From an uncultured Gemmatimonadota bacterium (GTDB lineage Bacteria > JAAXHH01): DNA of 64,000 nucleotides. Below are positions 46,891 through 56,811 of the stretch, piece after piece. Made by a program: the position numbers and the translations under genes. Each line of letters starts with the position of its first letter. Positions within the stretch are counted from its first letter, which is position 1. A model generated the notes under the pieces. That model saw nothing but the letters and a program-made list of their open reading frames with translations. It ran no database searches and was not told the origin of the DNA. The stretch covers positions 384,001-448,000 of the forward strand of contig OX638340.1 of NCBI GenBank assembly GCA_951812955.1, written 5' to 3'.

Positions 46891-49860
46891 CTACTGAAAC
46901 TGGTACGTCAGCCCCAGCTTGAAACGCCTTCCTTTCGGATCGTGCGTCAGTGCGTCGAAGGCCAGTTCCTGGTTCACATAGGGCGGCGGCGCGTCGGTCA
47001 GGTTAAACATCGACAGGGTGGCGACCACACCCGCATTGGGTATCCGCCACTGAAAATTCATATCGAAGGTCAGGAACGAGTCGATCTGGGTCCAGTCTTC
47101 GCCCGCGGGCCCCGTATCGAACCACCAGTCCCCATTCTCGTATGAGGAGATGTAATGTCCCCTGGCGATGGCGCTGTAGTCGCTCCAGTGGTATCCGGCG
47201 GACGCGTTCAGTCGCAGGGGAGGCAATGGCGGCGCCAGGGGATTCGTCGCGTTGAGGAACCCCACGGCCTCATTCTCGCCGACCAGCTCCACGCCGTTGT
47301 GCATGAGAGGCTCTATGGTATAGTCCAGGGTGTAACTGCCATCCAGGTGAACGTCGATCGCGCCACTGCCCATTACCTGTCGCGCACCGATATGCCAGTC
47401 GATCCCCGAGGTCTTGAGGCCGGGCCAGTTGATATGGTTGATCCTGATCCGTTCCATGTCACCCGGAGCGCAACTCCCGTCGTTTCGATTGCCGGGACAG
47501 TAAATGCGGTCCTGCACCGCGGCTCGGGTTGACGGATCCACGTAGGCCGCCGCCAGGGCGGCATCGGGAATGACACCGATGGGATTGTTGAAGTCGAAAT
47601 TCCAGTAATCCACCGCTGCTTCGAAACCGGTGTCGTTTTCTACGATCACGCCGATGTTATAGGTAAACGCTTCTTCCGGTTCGAGGTCTTCCACGCCCCG
47701 GTTTTCAATGGCCTTCCAGGCGCCTGTCGGTCCGACGTAAGCCGTGTAGATGACTACGTCTGTATTCAGATCGTCCACTGAGGGTGTTCGGAAGGTAGTC
47801 TGAACCGTACCCCGCAGAGCCAGGTTATCGTTTAACTGCGCCCGCAGGGAGACTTTCGGGTCCAGGCTGTTTGCGAACCCGTAATCCTCGAAATGCAGCG
47901 CCGCCTGGGTATCCAGCCAATCGCTGTACTTAAGCGCCAGTTCGGCAAAAACTGCGTGGGTCGTCTGATTGGCTTCATATGGATGGATACCCGATGTGAA
48001 GGTAAAGGACCCAGTCTGAATATCACAGCTCGTATCCCCCGGTATGCGGCAGGGATTCCGGGAGAGGTCGCCGGGCGCATTGGGCACGGCGGAGACATCG
48101 ACGCGGCGCAACTGGTACCCCGCGGCGTAGCTGGCGACGTCTTCCTTCAGCACACCGCTCAACAGACCGTCCAGCACCAGCAGGCTGGCCTCGCTGGTTG
48201 TGGCGACTTTTTCGTTTATCCAACCGAGCAGCTCGGGACTGTGCGCGAGGTCGGCGCGGTAATTCGGATTGGCGCTGTCCGTATAGGGTGCGTCCGGTTG
48301 CGCGGAAAACTGGATGCCATTGCTGAAGGGATTGAAGTAGGAGCAGTTCCCGGATCCTGCGATGACGCCGCTGGGGATAGTTCCGAGGGCAAGGCCGGAA
48401 GGCGCGCTGGGAACCGGGACGACCCCGACGCCGCAGTTCGCCCCTCCGTATCCACGGAAAGCCAGGAACTTCCGGTACGCGTATTCCGCGGGTTGGCGCA
48501 CCGTGCCCTTCGTATCCGAATAAGATATACCGAGATCGTAGCTGATGTTGGACTCGCCTATCGGTCCGGTAAGCGATCCGGCCAGGCGGCGGGTAACGGA
48601 CTCCCTGCTCTGGACGCGTCCGGGGCCGGCATTTCCGACCAGGCGGCCGAAGAAGTACCAGGGCTGGTCGCCGGTAAGGTCCAGCACATCTCCGCTAGCG
48701 TTCGTATAGGTGGGGTTCTCCGCTACGAAGGCCACGCGGCCGGGATGATCGACAGGTACCTGCTGCACGCCGTCATAGAAGGCGATGGGAGGAAACGAAG
48801 GGGTCGTCTCCCACTCGGGTACCCGTGCGTCATGGTAGAGCGCTTCCACGTGATACGTCGTTTCGCCCAATGAACCGTTCAACTCGGCGAATCCCCGGGT
48901 GTGCTGGAGTTTTTCGATGATGCTGTCCCAGGGCTGATAGCGGAAGCGGCACGTACTGGCGCCCACCTGGTAACCGCCCAGGCCTTCACAACCCGGATCG
49001 ACGAATCGAGGTTCGCCGGAAAGTACGGCCTCGTCTGTTATATTCCCGTCCGGTATGATGAATGCGCCGGGGTTGCCGTACCAGGACCAGCCCCATCCGT
49101 AGTTCGGAAAGGGACGCAGCGCCCAGTCCCGCTCTTCGGCGCGCAAATTCTGGCGGCGCTTGTGTTCCAGGGATACCACCAGGTGGGAATCGCCGACTTT
49201 GCCGCCCCAGATGCCGCCCAGCATGGCGTCTCCGGCGGAGTCGAAATAGTCATAGGACACGTCCAGCTCGAAACCTTCGAAACCGCTTCGCGTGATGAAG
49301 TTGGCGACGCCCGCGATCGCATCCGATCCATATACGGCGCCCGCGCCTTCCTTCAGGATATCCAGCCGTTCGATGGAGATGGACGGGAAAGCGTTCACGT
49401 CGACAAACCGGCCCCCGACGAGCCGGCCCGCGACGTAGGTCTGCCTGCGGCCATTGAGCAGCACCAGGCTGCGCGAAGCGCCGAGGCCGCGGAGGTTGAT
49501 GTTCGCCACGGTTTCGGGGATGTCTCCCGACTGCGCGTTGTACCAGCTGTTGGCCTCGCCGATGACGCCGCTGCTCGCACTCAGGTTCTTGAACAGGTCG
49601 ACCATGGATGGCGCACCCTGTTCAGCCAACGACGATCGGTCGATGCGGGCGACTGCATAGGGGAGTTCGATCGGGGATTCCCGGACCGCGGTACCGGTCA
49701 CGACGATCGCCTCCGCCTCGATCACGGGCAGCAGGAAGAGGGAATCCAGCTCCGCTTCCTCCTGTTGGTCCGCGTACGTGTTGGAGTAAGGCGGCATTCC
49801 GGCCAGACAAAGCCAGCCGAAGGCAATCAATGCCAATGAACGCATATCCATGTTGTACAT
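46891..49860 (-). CDS. TonB-dependent outer-membrane receptor
   Basis: 989 aa. Signal peptide, plug domain, barrel ending in terminal F (RFKLGLTYQF). Confidence 0.85.
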   Translation of the reverse strand: MYNMDMRSLALIAFGWLCLAGMPPYSNTYADQQEEAELDSLFLLPVIEAEAIVVTGTAVRESPIELPYAVARIDRSSLAEQGAPSMVDLFKNLSASSGVIGEANSWYNAQSGDIPETVANINLRGLGASRSLVLLNGRRQTYVAGRLVGGRFVDVNAFPSISIERLDILKEGAGAVYGSDAIAGVANFITRSGFEGFELDVSYDYFDSAGDAMLGGIWGGKVGDSHLVVSLEHKRRQNLRAEERDWALRPFPNYGWGWSWYGNPGAFIIPDGNITDEAVLSGEPRFVDPGCEGLGGYQVGASTCRFRYQPWDSIIEKLQHTRGFAELNGSLGETTYHVEALYHDARVPEWETTPSFPPIAFYDGVQQVPVDHPGRVAFVAENPTYTNASGDVLDLTGDQPWYFFGRLVGNAGPGRVQSRESVTRRLAGSLTGPIGESNISYDLGISYSDTKGTVRQPAEYAYRKFLAFRGYGGANCGVGVVPVPSAPSGLALGTIPSGVIAGSGNCSYFNPFSNGIQFSAQPDAPYTDSANPNYRADLAHSPELLGWINEKVATTSEASLLVLDGLLSGVLKEDVASYAAGYQLRRVDVSAVPNAPGDLSRNPCRIPGDTSCDIQTGSFTFTSGIHPYEANQTTHAVFAELALKYSDWLDTQAALHFEDYGFANSLDPKVSLRAQLNDNLALRGTVQTTFRTPSVDDLNTDVVIYTAYVGPTGAWKAIENRGVEDLEPEEAFTYNIGVIVENDTGFEAAVDYWNFDFNNPIGVIPDAALAAAYVDPSTRAAVQDRIYCPGNRNDGSCAPGDMERIRINHINWPGLKTSGIDWHIGARQVMGSGAIDVHLDGSYTLDYTIEPLMHNGVELVGENEAVGFLNATNPLAPPLPPLRLNASAGYHWSDYSAIARGHYISSYENGDWWFDTGPAGEDWTQIDSFLTFDMNFQWRIPNAGVVATLSMFNLTDAPPPYVNQELAFDALTHDPKGRRFKLGLTYQFQ

Positions 49861-50114
49861 GATAGTCCGCCAATCTGTGTAAGTTTTTTATGATTTCATG
49901 GTTTCGGAATTAGAAACAATGTATACATAACAATCTCCATTATGTCAAGGGAATTAAGGACTTATACTTGCGTTACAAAAGCTCACAATACACTGTGCAA
50001 TAACTTGAAACTGTAAATGGCAAATCGTAATTCCCGGCGGCCTTACTGGACGATGCCCGCATTTCGCACCGCGTCTCGTCGCACCATTGCTGCACATGAT
50101 CCGGTGCCTGCACA

Positions 50115-51008
50115 TCATTGCCTGATCAGATTAAGGCACCAGAACAGCGGTGGCAAGGCGAACACATCGCTACGTCCTTCCACGTACCGCTTGTGCTGAT
50201 CGTCCGGAGAATCGTTACAGACGACTTCCCAGAACCCATGGACATTAAACTCAGATTCCACACGGTCCGGATCGAAGGACGTAATCATGGGTTCACCCAG
50301 TTTGCCCACATAGTTCTTCAAACTGATCGCAAGCGGGCGTTTTTCCTCAGGGATGCTGCCGTCTTCTGCCAGGTAATCGAAGACGATCTCGGAACCGGGG
50401 CAGGCAATGCCGGCCACGTGTTTCAGCGTGTCTTGAATCGCTTCCCGTGAAAGGTAATAGGTCACGCCCAGCCAGTTGAAGAAAGACTTCTTACCCGGGT
50501 CGAATCCATGGGCGGTCAACTTGTCTCCGAGATCGTCTTTTTCAAAGTCGAAAGGAATGTGCCGCACACAGTCTGGAAACGCCAGTCCGGCCGCGCGGGC
50601 CCGCTCCCTTTTGAGGGCGATCGTAGATGCGAGATCGATTTCATAGATGGTTACGCCGAGTCGTGGATGACGCAGCGCGAAGGTATCATAGCCTGAGCCG
50701 AGTATGACGTATTGTCTTACGCCCTTTTCGATCGACGCCAGCAGGCGATCTTCTGTAAATCGAGCCCGCGTGAGGGGTTGTGTGGTGATCGGCATGAGCC
50801 TGCGCAGCAGGACCTTTGATACAATCATGTCGCGCAGTCTTGAACCGAGGATCCGTTGCCACCGCTTGCTCAGAAAACGGAACGCGAAGGGATCGTTGAA
50901 AATGTAGGGTGGTTTGTGCCGGAGGAGATGCCGCGCACGGCTTACCGCCACGAGTTCGGCCGTTCGGCTGCCATGTATCTGAACCTGACCGGGGGGCTGT
51001 TCAGACAT
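50115..51008 (-). CDS. Class I SAM-dependent methyltransferase (leucine carboxyl / TIGR00027 O-methyltransferase-like)
   Basis: VAVSRARHL...YVILGSGYDTFALR...IYEIDLASTIALKR motifs. Confidence 0.75.
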   Translation of the reverse strand: MSEQPPGQVQIHGSRTAELVAVSRARHLLRHKPPYIFNDPFAFRFLSKRWQRILGSRLRDMIVSKVLLRRLMPITTQPLTRARFTEDRLLASIEKGVRQYVILGSGYDTFALRHPRLGVTIYEIDLASTIALKRERARAAGLAFPDCVRHIPFDFEKDDLGDKLTAHGFDPGKKSFFNWLGVTYYLSREAIQDTLKHVAGIACPGSEIVFDYLAEDGSIPEEKRPLAISLKNYVGKLGEPMITSFDPDRVESEFNVHGFWEVVCNDSPDDQHKRYVEGRSDVFALPPLFWCLNLIRQ

Positions 51009-51040
51009 AGTTAGGTATTGGGTTACCTTGATTACCCGGT

Positions 51041-51382
51041 TCAGGTTCCGAAGGCTTCGATAGCGCCTTCCAACGTATCGTGGACGGCGAACACGGTGGT
51101 CAACTTCGTCATCTGGAGAAGGCTGCTGACGCTGCGTGTCACCCGCGCGAGCTTGAGGTCCCCGCCGACCTTTTGCATGCGGGTGTATGCGCGGATGAGG
51201 AGACCCAGGCCCGAACTGTCGATCCAGTGCACCTTGCTCAGATCGAAGATGATCTTCCTGGAGCCATTGTCGGCCAGTTTGTTGATACGCTCGCTCAGGG
51301 CGTCGGTGTCCCTTCCCTCGGCCATGCGGCCACTCAATTCCAGCACCGTGACGTCACCGTGCTTTAATTCTCTGACTTTCAC
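51041..51382 (-). CDS. STAS-domain anti-sigma-factor antagonist
   Basis: 113 aa; DLSKVHWIDSSGLGLLIRA. Confidence 0.8.
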   Translation of the reverse strand: MKVRELKHGDVTVLELSGRMAEGRDTDALSERINKLADNGSRKIIFDLSKVHWIDSSGLGLLIRAYTRMQKVGGDLKLARVTRSVSSLLQMTKLTTVFAVHDTLEGAIEAFGT

Positions 51383-51857
51383 TGATTCCTGCCTCTCTCA
51401 AGCGGGACCGGGGCGGAAACCTGCTGATTTCCCCGCAATCATCCCGCGATTTGAACGCTATCCCAACGACGCTTCGGCCATTCCGGGAAGGACGTTCCGT
51501 TCGTTGACCGTCGACCGGTCATTCCATGGTGTCGTGTGTCGCAAAATCCCCGAACCCGTTTAAATCCGCACGCCCATCCGCACATGCACAGGGGCAGTTG
51601 CAGGCGAAATTAGAGGGATCAAGAATGATATACCTTGACTTGGCGGGGTACTGGCGCCGGAAGAACGTCCCGCAACTCCGGAATGGGTAATCAAACCGAG
51701 CGGCATAAACGAGAACTTCCACCGGATGCCACCCCAAGGGGTGAATCCGGTCTTGTCTTGATGAAATGCGCGTTGAATAATATACTGTTCAAGTTCACCT
51801 GTCAAGTCGATTTTATGGGCTGATTCCTGATTCCTCACTCGATTGGACCGACTTGAA

Positions 51858-52553
51858 ATGAAACCGGACCGACGACCCCACATCCTGCTTAATTACGCCA
51901 TGAGCCTGGACGGCAAGATCTCCACGGAGCATCGCGATCCGGTTCTATTCACGAGCAAGATAGACCGCGGGCTAATGGACGAGATCAGGGCGGACGTCGA
52001 CGCCGTACTCATCGGCGCCGGTACGCTTCGCGCAGAGGAGCCACCGGTCAGGATACGGTCAGCCAGGCGGAGGGATGAGCGCGTGCGAACCGGTAAATCG
52101 CCCCATCCCGTCTCGGTGATTCTGTCCCGCACCATGCTGCTGCCCGTCGAAGGAAGGTATTGGAAAGACGACAAGGTTGAACGGATCATCGCGACCACGA
52201 ACCAGGCGCCGGATGAGCGGATATTACCCTTTAAAGCGAAGGCGGAGGTCATCCGGTCAGGCCGGTACGCCGTGGACCTTGGTGAATTATGCCGTCTGCT
52301 GTATGACCGCGGCATATCCCGGCTACTCGTGGAAGGCGGAGGTGAGGTCAATATGGCATTCTGGGAAGCCGGGCTGGTGGACGAGGTGTACCTGACCCTG
52401 TGTCCCGTGGTGATCGGTGGGCGGAACGCGCCGACAGCGGCAGACGGTACGGGTTTCACCGTAGACTGTATCCGTAAACTCAGACTGATCGAATCCAGAC
52501 GGGTCGGGCAGGAGTTGTTTCTGCGATACCGGATGGTGCGAACCAGGTCGTAG
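51858..52553 (+). CDS. RibD C-terminal-domain reductase (DHFR-fold; diaminopyrimidinone/ribosylaminouracil reductase-like)
   Basis: PHILLNYAMSLDGKIS...DAVLIGAGTLRAE...RLLVEGGGEVN motifs. Confidence 0.75.
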   Translation: MKPDRRPHILLNYAMSLDGKISTEHRDPVLFTSKIDRGLMDEIRADVDAVLIGAGTLRAEEPPVRIRSARRRDERVRTGKSPHPVSVILSRTMLLPVEGRYWKDDKVERIIATTNQAPDERILPFKAKAEVIRSGRYAVDLGELCRLLYDRGISRLLVEGGGEVNMAFWEAGLVDEVYLTLCPVVIGGRNAPTAADGTGFTVDCIRKLRLIESRRVGQELFLRYRMVRTRS

Positions 52554-52595
52554 TGGGCGGTGTACCTTCCCGTGCCGGTTTCCAGACCGATAAAA

Positions 52596-53063
52596 TCACC
52601 GCAGCGTATGCACCCTGATCAAGACGGATCCGTCCTGCACTTTCAGCGTGGACTCGGCCAGGAACAGAGGGACTTCGACAGGGCCGCCGTCTGCGGTCTC
52701 GGGTTCCAGCGTCACGTCCAGCCTCGCAGGTTTCAAGCCCTCCCACGTTCCCCAGTAGATGTCGATGAAGAGACCGATGCCAAGGGTGAGCAGGATGTCG
52801 GCGATGACAACAGAAGGCAATTTGACCTTCTGCAGGACGATCCACTTCGTTTCGTAACCCGGTTTGGAGATTTCTACCAGGTGGGATTCATTCCGCGGAA
52901 GTTCGATCGTAAACGGATTCGTGTCCCGGTCGATGCGATCCGGGATCTTGATTCGGGCATCTGCCGGCGTAACGTTGATTTCCACTTTCTGCGTGTCGCC
53001 CAGGAACACCCGTCCGCATCCCGTCAAGAATACCAGTAAAAAGCATAACATCAAACGCCGCAT
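52596..53063 (-). CDS. Lipoprotein (lipobox LTGC) with a PEGA-like domain
   Basis: MRRLMLCFLLVFLTGC signal peptide plus lipobox. RBS GGAGG 6 nt upstream of ATG 53063. Confidence 0.6.
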   Translation of the reverse strand: MRRLMLCFLLVFLTGCGRVFLGDTQKVEINVTPADARIKIPDRIDRDTNPFTIELPRNESHLVEISKPGYETKWIVLQKVKLPSVVIADILLTLGIGLFIDIYWGTWEGLKPARLDVTLEPETADGGPVEVPLFLAESTLKVQDGSVLIRVHTLR

Positions 53064-53127
53064 CGATTTCCTCCGATTACTAAGTTTGGTAAAACATGCC
53101 ATTCATCCGTAGGGATGCGCACGTCCA

Positions 53128-53215
53128 GACCAGAACGAATGCGCACATCACGTCCAGTACGGATGCTTCATCATGATCGGAACGGTTACGCACATCACGT
53201 CCAGTTCGTGTACGG
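53128..53215. repeat. ~25-29-bp degenerate tandem repeat x3 (gcgcaca(t)cacgtccagt(a/t)cg)
   Basis: gcgcacgtccagaccagaacgaat / gcgcacatcacgtccagtacggatgc / gcacatcacgtccagttcgtgtacgg. Between the lipoprotein start and the aldo/keto reductase stop. Confidence 0.6.
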
Positions 53216-54160
53216 CGGAAGCGGCCAGTCCGCTTCCCGGCCGATGGCTAAAGCTCGCATCCGTTCGTCGGCGGTAAGGGGCGGTACGCAGTCCGCTCCG
53301 GCATTTTCCTCGAGCTGCGCGCGATTCTTCGCACCGGGTATCACCGAGGTCACGCCCGGGGTATCCAGCACGAACCGGAGCGCGGCCTGCACCATGGTGC
53401 GTTTACCTCCCGCAACCAGAAAAGACAGTTCCGACAGTTTTCTCAGCGCGGAATGGATTCGGGGATTGTCGAAACGCTCGTGCCGGCGGTCCTGCGTATC
53501 GAGCCGGGACAATGAATCGAAGTACTTGCCGGTCAGCGCGCCTTGCGCAAGGGGCACGCGAATTAGCGTACCCAGGTTTTCCTCTGCCGCGAACCGCAAT
53601 CCCGCATTTCCCACCGGATTGACGATGCTGTAGCCGATCTGCGCCATCGCGAGGTCGCCCAGCGCCATCAGGGACCGCATGACTTCCGTCTCGTACGTCG
53701 AGATGCCGAAACACCGGATCTTGCCTTCTTCGACCAGCCGCGTTAACGCCTCCACGATCGCAGGCATGTCGGCCTCGTCCGGCTCTCCGTGCAACTGGTA
53801 GACGTCGATGTATTCGGTCTGAAGCCGTTCCAGGCTTCCCTCGCAATTCCGTGCGATGTAACGCTGTATCGACTCGTCCGGATCGTCCGTCCTGGGGGCC
53901 ACCTTGGTTGCGATTACGTAGCGTTCGCGTCTGCCCCGGAGTGCTCGGCCGATGATCCGCTCGCTATGGCCGGCTCCATACCCGTTGGCCGTGTCCAGCA
54001 GGTTGATTCCAAGCGATTCCGCGTGCTGTATGGTGGCGATGGACTCATCGTCGTCGATGCCCGACCAGTTCGCTCCGCCGGCCATGCCGGCCATGGGCCA
54101 GCAGCCCAGGCCGATACACGACACCTCGATTCCCGTCTTTCCCAGAACTCGGTACTCCAA
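53195..54160 (-). CDS. Aldo/keto reductase
   Basis: 321 aa; LGCWPMAG...IDTANGYGAGHSERIIG signature. Confidence 0.85.
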   Translation of the reverse strand: MEYRVLGKTGIEVSCIGLGCWPMAGMAGGANWSGIDDDESIATIQHAESLGINLLDTANGYGAGHSERIIGRALRGRRERYVIATKVAPRTDDPDESIQRYIARNCEGSLERLQTEYIDVYQLHGEPDEADMPAIVEALTRLVEEGKIRCFGISTYETEVMRSLMALGDLAMAQIGYSIVNPVGNAGLRFAAEENLGTLIRVPLAQGALTGKYFDSLSRLDTQDRRHERFDNPRIHSALRKLSELSFLVAGGKRTMVQAALRFVLDTPGVTSVIPGAKNRAQLEENAGADCVPPLTADERMRALAIGREADWPLPPYTNWT

Positions 54161-54314
54161 TGATCTAACGTCCCTCCTGCAACCAGAGTTTCATTACTGG
54201 CCGAACAGCCGGGGCCGACGGACGAAATTTCAATGGTGGCCGAACAACCGCGGCCGCCAGACGAAGACACGCAGCCAGACAGAAACGCGCAGCCAACCGA
54301 TCAACCCCGGCTGA

Positions 54315-56654
54315 TCAACGCGGCATGATCGTAAGCCGATGCCCCGCAATGCCTTCCACCGCTTCTCGACTGAACGCCAGCGGAAGATATTCGTCCTCCG
54401 CCCAGGTTTCCAGCAGGCTGCCGTAGTATGGGCTTTCCGGCTGACCCGACTGACCCGGCGTGATGATGAAGACCGAGCGGTCCCAGTCGTCGGTGTCCAG
54501 GATATGGCGGAAGCTCACCGACGTGGCGGCGATGGTGCCGTAGCCACCGGACCGCTCCACGGCGGGCAATGAGAAGGCGTCCGTCACGAGATGGGTGAAT
54601 GGGCTTCTCTGCAGCCGACCGTACCGCCACTGGTCCCAGTTCTCCCCCAGTTCCCCTTTCAACCGGTCCACGGTCTTGCGCAGGCCTGCTTCGATGAGCG
54701 GCTGTCGTTCCTCAGTTGGAGTCTCCGGATCGAATGCGGCCGATTCGGCTTCGCCCCGCCAGCGGTACCACACTGCCGCGCCGGCGCTGTCCCGGTCCAG
54801 CACGCCATTCCAGCCTGCGACCAGTCCGCGGGCCCGTTCGACTTCGGCGTCGTCCGACACCCAGCCTCGGAACGACGGGATATCTGCCTCTGCGCGCAGC
54901 GAATAGGCGTCCAACTGGATACGCTTGTGGTCGTCGACGGTGTACTTGCGGTTGGATTGCAGCAGTTGCTTCATGCGTTCTATCCGGGAGTATTCGACGC
55001 CTCGCGAGGAGTGGAACATGACCGGCCGGCCCTCGTAGTCCGGCGGGTGGGAATCGTTGTTCGCGGACCCTACCCAGCCGCGCTGGGGGTTGTACTCCCG
55101 GGGCAAGTCTTCCCTAAACCCCTGCCACTCGTATCGCCCGTCACCCGGGACCGGCAGCCGGCCATTCCATCCGTCTCGGTCCGGCGTAAGGGCCGAGACC
55201 TGGAAGGCGATATTGCCCTCCACGTCGCCGAATACCAGGTTGTGGGTAGGCACCTTCCAGAACATGGCGCGTTCGAAAAAGTCCTCCGCGCTCTCCGCCT
55301 GGGCCATGCGGAAGCATCCCAGGTAGGGGGCCGTGCCCGGTTCGTGGGTGATGGAACGCACGGCGTAGGCCACGCCGTTGTCCGGGTCCTCGTAGAACAC
55401 CGGTCCGTGCCGGCTATACTTGAGCACGACCTCGCGGGGCTCTTCGCCCTTCACCGGGATCTCCTCCCGAATGACGCGGAGAGGTTCCCAGCCGTCCTGC
55501 CACCGCACCATGTCGGGCTGGTCCGGGTGCAGCGCTTCCACGTACACGTCGTTCACGTCGACCCCCGCGAAGGTGAATCCCCAGGCGACCCGGTCGTTGT
55601 GTCCGGCGTTCACGCCCACGAAGGGCGGCTCGCTCGCTCCGATCATGTTCCAGCCCGGGGCGTTCAGATGGGCATAGTATCTCAGCGACGGATTCTCGAG
55701 CCGGCGGTGGGGATCGTTGACGACCATGACCTGGCCCGTGATGGACAGGGCGCCGCTTACGGCCCAGTTGTTGCTGCCGATCTCGAGCAACTGCTCTTCC
55801 GTGGGCGCTTCGGCCTGGCGGTCCGCGGGTACAAGACCTGTATACGGCTCGACGAGTTCAAGCTGCGGAAGCCGTCCGGGCACCAGGGGATCACCCTCCC
55901 CTTTTCGCATCGCGGCCACGATATCCTCATGGACGAGGGTCACGTCCAGTCCTTCTGGCACCACGAGGTCATCCCACGGCAATGGCGCCGCCCGGCGATT
56001 GGCCTCCTCGACGCCGAGTTCCGCCACGGACCGGGCCAGCCGGATCTCGTCCCCGGCGTCGTTTCCCGCGCTTGGGAAGAAGAGTCCGGTCCAGCGCCGC
56101 ACCACGGTCTCTTTGGTCCACCGGCCGGGCTGAATGCCCGTCAGCTTGAACTCCACCGGCAGGTTGTCGGCATGCGCGTCTATAAACGCGTTGACGCCGT
56201 TTGCGTAGGCGGTGAAGATCCGCTCGCCCTCGGCGTGGTAGCTTGTCCATTCGCGCTCGTCAAAGGGGCCGCGGTACATCATGAGCCGCGTGCGGGCATC
56301 ATAGTCGAAGGCCTCGGGACCAAAGATCTCCGCGAGACGTCCCTCCCGCCACCGGCGCCACAGCTCCATCTGCCACAGGCGGTCCTGGGCCATCACGTAA
56401 CCCTGGGCGAAGAAGAGGTCGTCCGTGTTCTGCGCGTAGATGTGCGGAATGCCGTGCTGATCGCGGATCACTTCCACCGGCTCGTTCAGACCATCCAGCG
56501 CCAGTTCGCCCTCGATCTGGGAGAGGGATTCGCGGGCCAAGGACAGAAGCTGCTCGTCGGAATCAGCCATTTCGACCTCCTCGCCGCATCCCGTGATCAT
56601 CAGGGGAACAACGAAAAGCACCGCGCAAAAGTAGATGAAGTGAGAAATCGTCAT
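54315..56654 (-). CDS. Penicillin-acylase family (S45) Ntn-hydrolase, possibly acyl-homoserine-lactone or beta-lactam acylase
   Basis: 779 aa. Signal peptide. Self-cleavage / nucleophile motif GSNNWAVSG. Confidence 0.85.
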   Translation of the reverse strand: MTISHFIYFCAVLFVVPLMITGCGEEVEMADSDEQLLSLARESLSQIEGELALDGLNEPVEVIRDQHGIPHIYAQNTDDLFFAQGYVMAQDRLWQMELWRRWREGRLAEIFGPEAFDYDARTRLMMYRGPFDEREWTSYHAEGERIFTAYANGVNAFIDAHADNLPVEFKLTGIQPGRWTKETVVRRWTGLFFPSAGNDAGDEIRLARSVAELGVEEANRRAAPLPWDDLVVPEGLDVTLVHEDIVAAMRKGEGDPLVPGRLPQLELVEPYTGLVPADRQAEAPTEEQLLEIGSNNWAVSGALSITGQVMVVNDPHRRLENPSLRYYAHLNAPGWNMIGASEPPFVGVNAGHNDRVAWGFTFAGVDVNDVYVEALHPDQPDMVRWQDGWEPLRVIREEIPVKGEEPREVVLKYSRHGPVFYEDPDNGVAYAVRSITHEPGTAPYLGCFRMAQAESAEDFFERAMFWKVPTHNLVFGDVEGNIAFQVSALTPDRDGWNGRLPVPGDGRYEWQGFREDLPREYNPQRGWVGSANNDSHPPDYEGRPVMFHSSRGVEYSRIERMKQLLQSNRKYTVDDHKRIQLDAYSLRAEADIPSFRGWVSDDAEVERARGLVAGWNGVLDRDSAGAAVWYRWRGEAESAAFDPETPTEERQPLIEAGLRKTVDRLKGELGENWDQWRYGRLQRSPFTHLVTDAFSLPAVERSGGYGTIAATSVSFRHILDTDDWDRSVFIITPGQSGQPESPYYGSLLETWAEDEYLPLAFSREAVEGIAGHRLTIMPR

Positions 56655-56811
56655 GAATGGCTCCTCCTGCTATCCACTTTCGGATTGCTCGTTTCAACAC
56701 ACTTGAATCAAGTCGTATCACCAGGCTGCTCACCGTCGGTGAAACGGCCGTTACGGTAGACAAACATCCTACCACGAGGACGCATGGTTGTCAAGCAACC
56801 CGGGGCCTTGA

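Noticed and set aside
51600-51857. Possible riboswitch (FMN or ZTP) in the long leader upstream of the RibD-C-like reductase
   Set aside because: It contains ACTGGCG and several CCGG-rich stems. I could not find the conserved FMN-aptamer motifs (GGGCAGGGTGAAATTCCC / GGATGGGAGA) or the ZTP pseudoknot partner (CCGCCTGGGCA). A covariance-model scan would be needed.
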